Source of the DNA: an uncultured Chloroflexia bacterium
GTDB taxonomy: Bacteria > Chloroflexota > Limnocylindria > Limnocylindrales > CSP1-4
DNA length: 64,000 nt
Assembly (NCBI GenBank): GCA_963835335.1
Contig: CAWIFB010000014.1
Coordinates: 773 to 64,772, forward strand
Direction: 5' to 3'
Below are positions 29,240 to 39,167 of this stretch, piece after piece (the first letter of the stretch is position 1; every line of letters begins with the position of its first letter). A program made the translations under genes and the position numbers. The notes under the pieces are model-generated. The model did no database searches and had not been told where the DNA came from. It saw only the letters and a program-made list of their open reading frames with translations.

Positions 29240-29476
29240 ATGAGCACGGTCACCGCAGATGTGACGGTCGATGCGAAAGGGCTGAACTGCCCGATGCCGA
29301 TCGTCAAGACCGCGCAGGCCATGAAGGGCCTCGCATCCGGTCAGACCCTGGAGGTCATCGCGACCGACCCGGGGTCCGTCAAGGACTTCGCTGCCTGGTC
29401 GAAGACGACCGGCAACGAGATCATCGAGCAGAGCGCGGACGGCGGCGTGTTCCGCTTCGTCCTTCGCCGGAAGTAG
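29240..29476 (+). CDS. tusA: TusA-like sulfur carrier (SirA/YedF/YeeD family)
   Basis: 78 aa; DAKGLNCPMPIVK (CPxP motif). Confidence 0.85.
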   Translation: MSTVTADVTVDAKGLNCPMPIVKTAQAMKGLASGQTLEVIATDPGSVKDFAAWSKTTGNEIIEQSADGGVFRFVLRRK

Positions 29477-29484
29477 GCCACACG

Positions 29485-30033
29485 ATGGTTGTCGCAGAGC
29501 TCCCCGTCACCCCCGACATCCTCCCCGAGCCGGCACCCGCGCCGGAGGCGGAGGTCAAGCCCCAGGGCCTCGCGATCATCTGCTACAGCGGTGATCTGGA
29601 GAAGACCTGGGCGGCGATGATCCTCGCCTCCACGGCCGGCGCCATGGCGATGCCGACCAAGGTGTTCGTCACCTTCTGGGGCCTCCAGACCTTCGTCCGG
29701 GACGATGTCCGCATCACCGGCGAGAACTGGATGCAGAAGATGATGTCGTTCATGCAGCGGCCCGGCATCAGCCACCGCAAGCTCTCGAAGATGAACTTCC
29801 TGGGCATGGGCCCGTGGATGATGCGCAAGCTCGCCAAGCAGTACAACGTCGCCAGCCCCAAGGAGCTGCTCGAGATCGCCCAGTCGATGGGCGTCGAGTT
29901 CATCCCGTGCCAGATGACGATGGACATGTTCGGCATCAAGCGCGAGGACCTGATCGAGGGCATGGGCGAGCCCGTCGGCGCTGCCACCTACCTGTCCTAC
30001 GTCAGCGAGGGCTCGTCCCCGCTGTTCATCTAG
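29485..30033 (+). CDS. DsrE2-type (DsrE/peroxiredoxin-fold) sulfur-transfer protein
   Basis: 182 aa; LAIICYSGDLEKTWAAMILASTAGAMAM...FIPCQMTMDMFGI resembles DsrE2 proteins usually found beside TusA. Confidence 0.6.
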   Translation: MVVAELPVTPDILPEPAPAPEAEVKPQGLAIICYSGDLEKTWAAMILASTAGAMAMPTKVFVTFWGLQTFVRDDVRITGENWMQKMMSFMQRPGISHRKLSKMNFLGMGPWMMRKLAKQYNVASPKELLEIAQSMGVEFIPCQMTMDMFGIKREDLIEGMGEPVGAATYLSYVSEGSSPLFI

Positions 30034-30114
30034 GCGTCAACCGATCCAGGCGAACGGTGCGGGACCCCTCCGCACCGGTTCCGATCGCCTCGATCCCGCG
30101 GAAGGGACATTCCG

Positions 30115-30373
30115 ATGACTGAGACCGCAACCGCCACGCATTCCCGCCATCACCACCACCCTCGACGCCCGCGGCAGCTTCTGCCCCGGCCCCCTGATGG
30201 AGCTCATCCGGGGCATGCGCGAGGCCGAGGTGGGCGACGTCCTGTCCGTCCTGACCTCGGACAAGGGCAGCAAGACCGACATCCCCAAGTGGATCGAGAA
30301 GGCCGGCCACAACCTGATCGGCGTGTTCACCCGCGACGGCTTCGACGAGATCATCGTCGAGAAGGTGCGGTAG
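30115..30373 (+). pseudogene. second TusA-like gene with an apparent +1 frameshift in the His-codon/C run near 30150-30162
   Basis: ATG 30115 gives MTETATATHSRHHHH; the next frame gives TTTLDARGSFCPGPLMELIRGMREAEVGDVLSVLTSDKGSKTDIPKWIEKAGHNLIGVFTRDGFDEIIVEKVR (a CPxP TusA) with no usable start; removing one c from cac cac cac cct c restores a 86-aa TusA. Confidence 0.55.
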
Positions 30374-30377
30374 CCCC

Positions 30378-31576
30378 ATGCAGCGGGTCGTCGTCCTGGG
30401 CGGCGGGGTGGGGGGGACCCTCGCCGCCAACCTCATCGCACGCAAGCTCAAGCGGCCCATCGCGCGCCAGGAGGCCAGGGTCACCGTCGTCGACGCGACC
30501 GGCCGCCACACGTACCAGCCCGGCTACATGTACATCGCCATGGGCAACGAGAAGCCCGACCGCCTCGTCCGGTCGGAGAAGTCGCTCCTCGACGGCAACG
30601 TCGATCTGGTGGTCGACAAGGTTGCCCGCGTCGATGCAGCCGCCCAGTCCGTGGAGCTGGCATCGGGCGAGACGCTCCGCTACGACCAGCTGGTGATCGC
30701 GACCGGCTCGCGGATCATGCCGGAGCTGACCGAGGGCTTCGACACCGAGGCTCATCACTTCTACTCCCCCGGCGCGGCGGCCAGGCTGCGCAAGGCGCTC
30801 GACGCCTTCCAGGGCGGCAGGATCGTGATCGGCATCGCGGGCATCCCCTACAAGTGCCCGCCGGCGCCGCTCGAGGTCGCGTTCCTGATCGAGTCCGAGC
30901 TGCGCGCCCGCGGCCTGCGCGACAAGAGCGAGATCACGTTCCTGTCGCCGATCAACCGGGCATTCACCATCGAGAGCGTGTCCGAGATGGTGACCCCGAT
31001 CTTCGAGCAGAAGGGCATCCACCTCGAGCTGCTCGCGGGCATCGCCCAGATCGACCCCCAGCGCAAGGTGGCCATCACCGACGCGTTCGAGGAGCATCCC
31101 TACGACCTCCTGATCGTCGTGCCCCCGCACAAGGGCGCGCAGTTCCTGATCGACTCCGGCCTCGCCCCAAGTCGGGCTGGCTGCCCACCGATCGCCACAC
31201 CCTCCAGGTCAAGACCGTCGCCAAGGCGGCGCCCGGCCAGGCCGACGAGGACATTCCCCGCTATCCGAACATCCACGCCCTGGGCGACACGACGGACCTG
31301 CCGCTGTCCAAGGCCGGCTCGACCGCCCACTTCGAGGCCCCGGTCATCGCCGAGCGGGTCGCCGCGGCGGTGCTCGGCAAGAAGCCGGCGGGCAAGCATT
31401 CGACCTATGGCGGCAAGGTGATGTGCTTCTTCGAGGTCGGCGACGGCAAGGGGACGCTGCTCCAGTTCGACTACGACCATCCGCCCCGGCCGCCCAAGCC
31501 CAACCAGCTGTGGCACCTGGGCAAGATCGTGTTCAACAAGACGTACTGGCACACCGTGCCGAAGGGTCGCGTCTAG
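30378..31576 (+). CDS. sqr: sulfide:quinone oxidoreductase (FAD-dependent), with an apparent frameshift near 31165-31172
   Basis: MQRVVVLGGGVGGTLAANLIA (FAD GxGxxG), PYKCPPAPLE; sense continues into listed ORF 30854..31576 (KSGWLPTDRHTLQVKT...ALGDTTDLPLSKAGS...). The junction FLIDSGLAP|KSGWLP lies in a gcccc run. Confidence 0.7.
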
Positions 31577-31632
31577 CCCGGATCGGGCCCGGTCGCCGGG
31601 CCATCCACCCATCACAACCCGACGCCCCGGGC

Positions 31633-31663
31633 GCGGAACCGGCCTCCCTTCCCCCGGTTCCGC
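31633..31663 (+). terminator. hairpin gcggaaccgg (11-nt loop) ccggttccgc after the SQR gene
   Basis: 10-bp perfect inverted repeat seen directly. Confidence 0.4.
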
Positions 31664-31781
31664 ACCACCCGGGGCGCCGTGGTACCCGGCGCGCTGCCGG
31701 ATGCGGTGACGCGCGAGACTCGCCGCCCGACCGCGCCGCCTACAATCGGCGCGTGACCCGTCCCCCTGCTGTCGCGCGCCG

Positions 31782-33128
31782 ATGAGCGGCCGCGTCTTCC
31801 TCCGTTCCTCGTCGCCCAACCCCGCGGTCGCGGTCGAGGCGCACGGCTCCACGATCGTCGATGCGGACGGCCGCGAGTACCTCGATGCCGCGGGTGGCGC
31901 CATCGTCGTCAACGTCGGCCACGGCCGGCGCGAGATCGCCGATCGCATCGCGGAGCAGGTGGCGCGCCTGTCGTACGCGCACGGATCCGCGTTCACGACC
32001 GAGCCGCTCGAGGCGTACGCCACCGAGGTGGCCGCCCACCTGCCCGTCGCCGACCCGGCGATCTACCCCGTGTCGGGTGGCTCGGAGGCGATCGAGACGG
32101 CGCTCAAGCTGGCCCGTGCCGCGCAGATCGCGCGCGGCGAGCCGGACCGCTGGATCGTGTTCGCGCGCTGGGGCAGCTATCACGGCAACACCCTGGGGGC
32201 GCTCGACCTGTCCGGCCGCCGGCCGCTGCGCCGTCCGTACGAGGGGTGGCTGGGCCGGTTCCGCCACGTGAGCGCGGCGTACCCGTATCGCGGCACGTAC
32301 GCCGGGTCCCAATCGCTGGGGACGACGCAGGAGCTCGTCGACGAGCTGGATCGGGCGTTCACCACCGCCGGTCCGGGCACGGTCGCCGCGTTCGTCGGCG
32401 AACCCGTCGTGGGCGCGACCCTGGGCGCCGTCGCACCGCCACCCGGCTACTGGCCCGCCGTTGCCGACGTCTGCCGCCAGCACGGCGTGCTGCTGATCGC
32501 CGACGAGGTGATGACCGGCTTCGGGCGCACGGGCACATGGTTCGGGATGGACCACGAGCGAGTCCGGCCCGACCTGCTCGTCGCGGCGAAGGGCGCCACG
32601 TCCGGGTACTGGCCGTTCGGCTTCGTCGCCGCCTCGGGCGAGATCCACGACGCGGTCACCAGCGCCGGTCCGTTCGTCCACGGCTTCACCTACTCGCACC
32701 AGCCCACCGGGGCCGCGGTGGCGCGCGAGGTGCTCCGGATCCTCGAGGCGGAGTCGCTGGTCGAGGCGTCGGCCATGAAGGGGGAGCGGCTGCTCGGGCT
32801 GCTCCGCGACCGGCTCGGCGATCACCCCTCCGTCGGCGACATCCGGGGGCGCGGGCTCATGGTGGGGGTCGAGCTGGTGCGCGACCGCGAGACCACGGAG
32901 CCGTATCCCCGTGCCGCGCGCCTGACCGAGGCGGTGGTCCGGATCGCGCGCGAGCGCGGGCTCCTCCTGTACGCGGGCACCGGCAACGCCGATGGTGTCG
33001 ATGGCGACGTCATCGTGCTCGGCCCGCCGTTCGTGGTCACGGACGACGAGCTCGGCCGGATCGCGGGCGGGCTGGGTGACGCGATCGATCTCGCGCTCGA
33101 GGACATCGGGGCGGCTGAGCCCGGTTAG
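31782..33128 (+). CDS. class-III aminotransferase (omega-transaminase family)
   Basis: 448 aa; GSEAIETALKLAR, PLP-lysine region LLIADEVMTGFGRTGTWFG...LLVAAKGATSGYWPFG. Confidence 0.85.
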   Translation: MSGRVFLRSSSPNPAVAVEAHGSTIVDADGREYLDAAGGAIVVNVGHGRREIADRIAEQVARLSYAHGSAFTTEPLEAYATEVAAHLPVADPAIYPVSGGSEAIETALKLARAAQIARGEPDRWIVFARWGSYHGNTLGALDLSGRRPLRRPYEGWLGRFRHVSAAYPYRGTYAGSQSLGTTQELVDELDRAFTTAGPGTVAAFVGEPVVGATLGAVAPPPGYWPAVADVCRQHGVLLIADEVMTGFGRTGTWFGMDHERVRPDLLVAAKGATSGYWPFGFVAASGEIHDAVTSAGPFVHGFTYSHQPTGAAVAREVLRILEAESLVEASAMKGERLLGLLRDRLGDHPSVGDIRGRGLMVGVELVRDRETTEPYPRAARLTEAVVRIARERGLLLYAGTGNADGVDGDVIVLGPPFVVTDDELGRIAGGLGDAIDLALEDIGAAEPG

Positions 33129-33167
33129 GCTCCCGCCCCGCGGTCACCGGCGGGCGGCGATCGCGCG

Positions 33168-33728
33168 TCAGGCGCGGGCGCGCGCTGCCCGGAGCAGGAG
33201 GATCCCGCCCAGGACGACGAGCAGGATCGGCCACACGAGGTCGTTGAACTCGGGGACCGCGATGCTCGACCCGCCGATCGCCGCGAGGATCACGCCCAGG
33301 CCCGCCTGCCACCCCCAGCCGGCGCCGCTCGCCGCGCGAACGGCCGCGATGAACAGGAACGCGACGCCCAGGCAGAACGTCCCCACCCCCGGCCCTTCGA
33401 CGACCTTGGCCGCGGCGAGCAGATCGGGTGCCGAGAGCGCGGTGATGATCGCGCCCAGGTACAGCGAGCCGATGCCGCGGTTGACGAGCCACGACACGAG
33501 GAAGGCAACGCCCGCGGCGAGGAACAGCAGCGAGCCCGCCGTGTCCAGCGACGGATAGACCTGGCGCAGCAGGAGCAGCGCGCCGAACACGACCAGGAAG
33601 ATCCCGAACCAGGGCAGCCGGGTGCGGCGGCGAGATCCGCCGATGTCGCTCCACTCCCAGCCGTAGGCCCGGATGCCACCGCCGTCCAGCACGTCACCCT
33701 GGACCGGACGGTCCGATCGATCGCTCAT
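33168..33728 (-). CDS. hypothetical integral membrane protein
   Basis: 186 aa, four or five hydrophobic helices, high GC3. Confidence 0.6.
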   Translation of the reverse strand: MSDRSDRPVQGDVLDGGGIRAYGWEWSDIGGSRRRTRLPWFGIFLVVFGALLLLRQVYPSLDTAGSLLFLAAGVAFLVSWLVNRGIGSLYLGAIITALSAPDLLAAAKVVEGPGVGTFCLGVAFLFIAAVRAASGAGWGWQAGLGVILAAIGGSSIAVPEFNDLVWPILLVVLGGILLLRAARARA

Positions 33729-33797
33729 TCGCCCATCCTCCGCTGCGTCGTCGCAGAGCGTAGCGCGCGCCGCCGGCGCGAGCGGACCCGACCGGTG

Positions 33798-34406
33798 TCA
33801 GCGTTCCTCCGCGTGATCGCCCGGAGCCGGCGACGGCACGATCGCGGCGGCGAGCTCGCGGAACCAGCGAAGCCGCTCCGACCAGGGAACCGCGGCATTG
33901 GCGGGCGACGTGGACGGCAGGACGAACAGCCGGGTGCCGCCGATCCGGCGGCTTTGCATGCCGAGCTCCGGCCGCTGCCCGAACGCGCCCCGCCAGGCCT
34001 CCTTGCCCACGAACGCGAGCACCGCGGGGCGGAGGTCCCGTGCGATGCGCTCGAGCCGGACCGCGCTGCCCGCGAAGTCCGCGGCGCGCAGGTCGCCGGA
34101 CCCCGGCGTCGTGCGCAGCGCCGCGTTGGTGATCCCGATGCCCAGCTCGAGCAGCGCCTCCTGCTCTTCGGGCGCAAGCAGGCGCGGCGTCAGCCCCGAC
34201 GCGTGCAGCAGCCGCCAGAAGTCGTTGCGCGGGTTCGCGAAGTGAGCGGCCGCCGCGGCGGACACCCGGCCCGGGTTGATCCCGACGAGGACCAGCCGCA
34301 GGTCGGGCGCGAGGATATCGGGGACCGCGGACGTCGCGGCGGCGTTGCTGACTGCTTTGCTGAGCCCTCGACCGCCGTCGCCAACCCCTCGACCACCGGC
34401 GCCCAC
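33798..34406 (-). CDS. mug: G/U-mismatch (Mug/TDG-type, UDG family 2) DNA glycosylase
   Basis: LVLVGINPGRVSAAAAAHFANPRNDFWRLL catalytic motif; start uncertain, GTG 34406 chosen and the listed ATG 34568 is likely too far upstream. Confidence 0.65.
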   Translation of the reverse strand: MGAGGRGVGDGGRGLSKAVSNAAATSAVPDILAPDLRLVLVGINPGRVSAAAAAHFANPRNDFWRLLHASGLTPRLLAPEEQEALLELGIGITNAALRTTPGSGDLRAADFAGSAVRLERIARDLRPAVLAFVGKEAWRGAFGQRPELGMQSRRIGGTRLFVLPSTSPANAAVPWSERLRWFRELAAAIVPSPAPGDHAEER

Positions 34407-34407
34407 C

Positions 34408-36736
34408 TCAGGCCGGCGCGTCGCCGGTGGCGATCGTCGCCTCGTCCTCGACGTGGCTGAACCCCACCCGGTCGGCGAACCTGGACATCGGCCCCGGCGC
34501 CCACCAGTTCCAGCGGCCGAGCAGCCGCATCGTGGCCGGGACCACCAGGATGCGCACGATCGTCGCATCGACCAGCACCGCGATCGCCATCCCGACGCCG
34601 ATGCTCTTGATCGTGATCGTCTCGGCCAGGGCGAACGCCGCGAACACCGAGACCATGATCGCGGCGGCGCCCGTGATCACTCCGGCCGTCTTCGCCAGGC
34701 CCTCTGCGACCGACGCGCGGTTGTCGTCGGTGCGCCGGTAGGCCTCCTGGATCCGCGACAGCAGGAGCACCTCGTAGTCCATCGACAGCCCGAACAGGAC
34801 GCAGAACATGATGATCGGGTTGCCGGCGATCGTGAACCCCGGCGAGGTGAACGCGAGCTGGTCGCTCAGGTTGCCCTCCTGGAAGATCCAGACCAGGGCG
34901 CCGAACGACGCGCTGATCGACAGCAGCGTCATCACGATCGCCTTGGCCGGCAGCACCACCGACCCGAACAGGAGGAACAGGATCGCGCCCATCGCGATCG
35001 AGGACGATGCCCACCGCAATCGGCGTGCGGTCGGCCTGCGCCTGGAGGAAGTCGTGGCCGGTCGCAGCAAACCCGCCCACCGCGGCGGCCAGGCCGACGC
35101 CGGGATCGATTGCGCGGATGACCGGGATGATCGCCGTGCCCTCGGGTGAGGACGTGAGCAGGGGGCTGATGGCGTCGAAGCGGACGGTCGAGCCCTGGAC
35201 ATATCGATCCCACAGCTCCACGAGCTGCGGCGGCCAGGCGGACTTCGGCTGCCCGTACAGGGCGGCGAGCTGCTGCACCGAGAGCGGCTGGCCGGTGGCC
35301 GGATTGGGGATGTTGCTGAACGGGCTCTCGACCCGTTCGATCCCACCGACGGCGGCCAGCGTGTCCGCGTATCCGGCCAGCGCCGCGACGTTGTTGCTCG
35401 AGGCGGGATCGCCGGGCACGTCGACCAGCGCGATGATCGGCGTGGTGGTGCCCGGCTCGAAGTCGCGCTGGAGCGCGACCGCGGCCTCGCGACTCTCGAG
35501 CCCGGCTGGCAGCACGAACGCGTCGGGGATGCCCTGCTCGAGCCGGAGGAACGGCGTGCCGGCGGCGAGCAGCAGCGCCAGGGTCGGGATCAGGACGATG
35601 ATCGGGCGCGCCATCACGGCGTTCGCGACCCGCTCCCAGCGCGAGCGAGCGGGTCCTTCGTCCGGACGCGGAGCCCGTCCGGTCAGGCCGCGAAGCCGGT
35701 CGACCAGGCCGCCGACCGACAGCGCGTCGACCCGCGTCCCGAGCATCCCCAGCAGGGCGGGCAGGAAGGTGAGCGCGAAGAACAGCGATGCCGCCACCGT
35801 CAGCATCCCGCCGATGCCGAACGACCGGAGCGCGGGGGCGCTGAACGCGAGCAGCCCGCCCAGCCCGGTCGCGACCGCGATGCCCGAGAAGGTGACGGCC
35901 TTGCCCGATGTCGCGACCGCGATCTCGACCGCGTCGCCCACGGTGCGCCCGCGATGCAGCTCCTCGCGGAACCGGCTGACCATGAACAGCGAATAGTCGA
36001 TCGCGAGCGCGAGCCCCAGCATCGTGGACACGTTCTGGACGTAGATGCTCATCTCCACCTGCTGGGCGACGATCCAGACCAGCGCCAGGGTGGTCGGGAT
36101 CGCGAGCCCCGCGACCAGGAGCGGGATCCCTGCGGCGAGCAGCGACGCGAACACGAGGATGAGGACGAGGGCGGCGATCGGGAGCGACACGGTTTCGGCG
36201 CGGACGAGATCCTCCTCGGACTGCTTCGCCGAATCGCGGGTGAGCGGCGCGTAGCCGCCGAGCAGCAGCTGGATGCCGTCGCCGGGTTGCTGGATGCGGG
36301 ACTCGAAGCGCGACAGCAGCGGCACCGATTCCTCGTCCGTGACGGTGAGGTTGATCACCACGTAGGCGGCGTTGCCGGCGGTGGCGATGAAGCGCGAGTC
36401 GCCGGTCTCCGCGTAGCCCACCGTGCCGGCGACGTCGGGGTCCGTGACGAGGTCGGCGAGCGAGCGCGTGATCGCGGACTGGAACGCGGCGCTCGTCGCG
36501 TCGGCCCCCGCAGGCCCGCGAAACAGGGCGATCAGGGTGCCGCGTCCCGCGCCGAACTCGGCGGCAAGGCGATCCGAGACGTGGGCGGATTCGGAGCCCG
36601 GGTCCAGCCACCCGCCGGCCGACAGGACGGAGGCGGCGCGTCCGGCACCGGCCGCGCCGGCGAGGCCGACCACGATCGCGAGGACGAGGAAGATCCGGCG
36701 TCGCCGGTAGACGAAGGCACCCCAGCGGCTGAACAT
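34408..36736 (-). CDS. MMPL-family RND transporter, with an apparent frameshift near 34991-35005
   Basis: Listed ORFs 34190..36736 (sensible to ...ADRTPIAVGIVL) and 34408..35346 (sensible from IAMGAILFLLFGSVVLPAKAIVMTLLSIS...) meet in a gatcgcgatcg tract; two 6-TM bundles and two periplasmic loops, typical MmpL. Confidence 0.7.
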
Positions 36737-36871
36737 CAGGACTCCGAGTGACGGTGAGCGGGACGTGGGCCGCCGGAAGCCCGGGACGGCAACGCGGACG
36801 ATACCGGACCGTCACGTCCATCCGCCGCGACGGAGCAGCCGGCGTCCGCGCGGCGGGACTACGCTTGCTCC

Positions 36872-37810
36872 ATGTCGCACGTCATGACCGTCCGCGGGCC
36901 CGTCGATCCGGACGCGCTCGGGTTCACGCTGCCGCACGAGCACACCCAGATCGCGCTGTGGCACATCCAGAATCGCTGGGACTACTGGGAGCTGACCCGC
37001 GACGAGCCGGTCATCCTGGAGGAGCTCCGCCTGTTCCGCGACGCGGGCGGGACCGCGCTCGCGGACCTGACGCTGCCCGGGAACGGGCGGGATCCAGTGT
37101 GGCTGCGAACGCTGTCCGAGAAGAGCGGCCTCCACATCGTGATGGGCGGCGGCTGGTACCGGACCGCGTACTACCCGCCGGAGGCGATGATCGACCGCCG
37201 GTCGGTCGACTCGCTGGCCGAGGAGCTGGTTGCCGAGGCGACCGTCGGGGTGGGGGACACCGGGATCCGGACCGGGATCCTGGGCGAGGTCGGCACCGAC
37301 AAGCCGTGGGTCTCACCCGCCGAGGAGCGCGTGTTCCGGGCGGTCGCCCGCGCGGCGCGCCGGACGGGCCTGGCCGTCTCGACCCACGCCGTGCAGAGCG
37401 ATGTCGGCGCCGCGCAGCTGACGATCCTCGAGGACGAGGGCGTGGATCCAGGCCGCATCGTCATCGGCCACGCGGACAGCTACCCGGTGCTCGACCATTA
37501 CCTGTCGCTGATCAACCGCGGCGCCTCGATCGAGTTCGACTTTCTGGGCATGTCGTTCACGCCGATGGAGAAGTACGGCGAGGGCAAGGTCGTCGAGCTC
37601 GTGCTCGAGCTGCTCCACCGTGGCCATATCGATCGCGTGCTGCTGAGCCAGGATGTGTGTCACAACAGCCAGCTCCGCCACTTCGAGGGCAACGGCTACA
37701 CGCACCTCCAGTTGACGTTCCTGCCGCGCCTTCGGGCCGCCGGCGTGTCCGATGCCGAGATCGACCGGATCACGATCGAGAACCCCCGGCGACTACTGAC
37801 CATCGGGTAG
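36872..37810 (+). CDS. phosphotriesterase-homology protein (amidohydrolase-superfamily PTE family)
   Basis: 312 aa; GFTLPHEHTQI metal-binding start and a TIM-barrel hydrolase pattern. Confidence 0.8.
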   Translation: MSHVMTVRGPVDPDALGFTLPHEHTQIALWHIQNRWDYWELTRDEPVILEELRLFRDAGGTALADLTLPGNGRDPVWLRTLSEKSGLHIVMGGGWYRTAYYPPEAMIDRRSVDSLAEELVAEATVGVGDTGIRTGILGEVGTDKPWVSPAEERVFRAVARAARRTGLAVSTHAVQSDVGAAQLTILEDEGVDPGRIVIGHADSYPVLDHYLSLINRGASIEFDFLGMSFTPMEKYGEGKVVELVLELLHRGHIDRVLLSQDVCHNSQLRHFEGNGYTHLQLTFLPRLRAAGVSDAEIDRITIENPRRLLTIG

Positions 37811-37928
37811 GGGAGCGAGGGACCGGCTTCCCGTTGTCCGTCCTCACCCCGGCCTCCAGGACGGGACCGTGCGACTGCCAGCCGGTGACCGATGGAGCGG
37901 ACGAGGTTGACCGGCCGAGCCCCACGAC

Positions 37929-37954
37929 TGATGTAGCCACATCAGCGTGATAAT
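37929..37954 (+). promoter_or_regulatory. vapBC control region: palindrome TGATGT-agcc-ACATCA followed by a -10-like GATAAT, 8 nt before the ATG (near-leaderless)
   Basis: Inverted repeat and an AT-rich hexamer read directly; no good -35. Confidence 0.45.
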
Positions 37955-37962
37955 GTGTCCAC

Positions 37963-38223
37963 ATGGCCGATGTCGGGATCCGCGAGCTGAAGCAGCACCT
38001 GTCCGAGTACCTGGCCCGGGCGGAGCAGGGCGAGGTCCTGCGCGTCACAGACCGTGGGCGGCCGAAGGCGGTGCTCGGCCCGGTGCCGGGCCGCGCGCGG
38101 ATCGAGGACGGCATCCGTGCCGGCTGGATCAAACCGGGCACCAGCTCGCGGCTGGGTCCGGTGCGCCGGTCGAAGGCGGCACGGCGGGTGCTCGACGTGC
38201 TGGCGGAGGATCGTGGCGAGTGA
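37963..38223 (+). CDS. vapB: type II antitoxin (Phd/YefM-VapB-like)
   Basis: 86 aa, MADVGIRELKQHLSEYLARAEQGEVLRVTDRGRPKAVLGPV; stop overlaps the toxin GTG start. Confidence 0.8.
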   Translation: MADVGIRELKQHLSEYLARAEQGEVLRVTDRGRPKAVLGPVPGRARIEDGIRAGWIKPGTSSRLGPVRRSKAARRVLDVLAEDRGE

Positions 38224-38624
38224 GCACGTACGTCGATACGAGCGCCCTGCTCAAGCGCTACGTGGACGAGGCCGACTCGGTCGCCGCTGACGCACTGCTG
38301 CGCGCGGACCCGGCGCTCCTGACCGCCCGCCATACGATCGTGGAGGTTCGGCGCAACCTCGGCCGCCTGCTCGCGGGACGCGACCTCACCGGCGCGCGAG
38401 CCGCCTTCGCCGACGACCTGCGCGCCTTCTCGATCATCGAGCTCGACGAGGCGACCTGCGAATCAGCGGCCGCGATCGCGGAGACGACCGGCGTGCGAAC
38501 GCTCGACGCCCTTCACCTCGCGGCCGCACAACGCATCGCCGCGCCCGGGGTGGGCTTCCTGACCTTCGACGCGCGCCAGGCGCAGGCTGCGCGCTCGCTC
38601 GGAATGACGGTCGTCACCGCCTGA
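38220..38624 (+). CDS. vapC: PIN-domain toxin VapC
   Basis: GTG start overlapping the antitoxin stop; STYVDTSALLKRYVDEADS...LDALHLAAA (PIN acidic residues). Confidence 0.8.
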   Translation: MSTYVDTSALLKRYVDEADSVAADALLRADPALLTARHTIVEVRRNLGRLLAGRDLTGARAAFADDLRAFSIIELDEATCESAAAIAETTGVRTLDALHLAAAQRIAAPGVGFLTFDARQAQAARSLGMTVVTA

Positions 38625-38660
38625 AGCGAAGGCGCCGACGCTGACGCGGCCCGGACCTCG

Positions 38661-39101
38661 CTATTCGAGCGTGGCCTCCACCGACAGCGCGACGTTGCCC
38701 GTGAGCGCCTGCGACACCGGGCAGCCATCCTTGGCCGCGTCGGCGAGCTCCGCGAACTTCGCCTGATCGATCCCCGGCACCGTGCCCCTGACGGTGAGCG
38801 CGCTGCTGGTGATCCCCCAGCCCGCATCACCCTTGTCAAACGACACGACGCACCTGATGTCGAGCTTCGTCGCGGGCGTGCCGTTCTTCGCGAGCTTGCC
38901 GCTGAATGACATCGAGAAGCAGGCGGCGTGTGCCGCGGCGATCAGCTCCTCGGGGCTGGTGCGGCCGTTGTGCTCCTCGGTGCGCGATGCCCAGGTGACC
39001 GGCAGCCGCGTGATCGAGCCCGAGCTGACGTAGTTGATCGAACCCGACCCGCTGACCAGGTCGCCGCTCCAGGTCGTCTCGGCAAACCGCGTGGTGCCCA
39101 T
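38661..39101 (-). CDS. OsmC/Ohr-family peroxiredoxin
   Basis: 146 aa; two conserved Cys (AAHAACFSMS; CPVSQAL). Confidence 0.8.
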   Translation of the reverse strand: MGTTRFAETTWSGDLVSGSGSINYVSSGSITRLPVTWASRTEEHNGRTSPEELIAAAHAACFSMSFSGKLAKNGTPATKLDIRCVVSFDKGDAGWGITSSALTVRGTVPGIDQAKFAELADAAKDGCPVSQALTGNVALSVEATLE

Positions 39102-39167
39102 GGATGTGCCTCCTTGTTCGTCGTGGCGCGCCGTGGCGCCCAGGTCCCGTGCCCGATTGCGCTCCGC

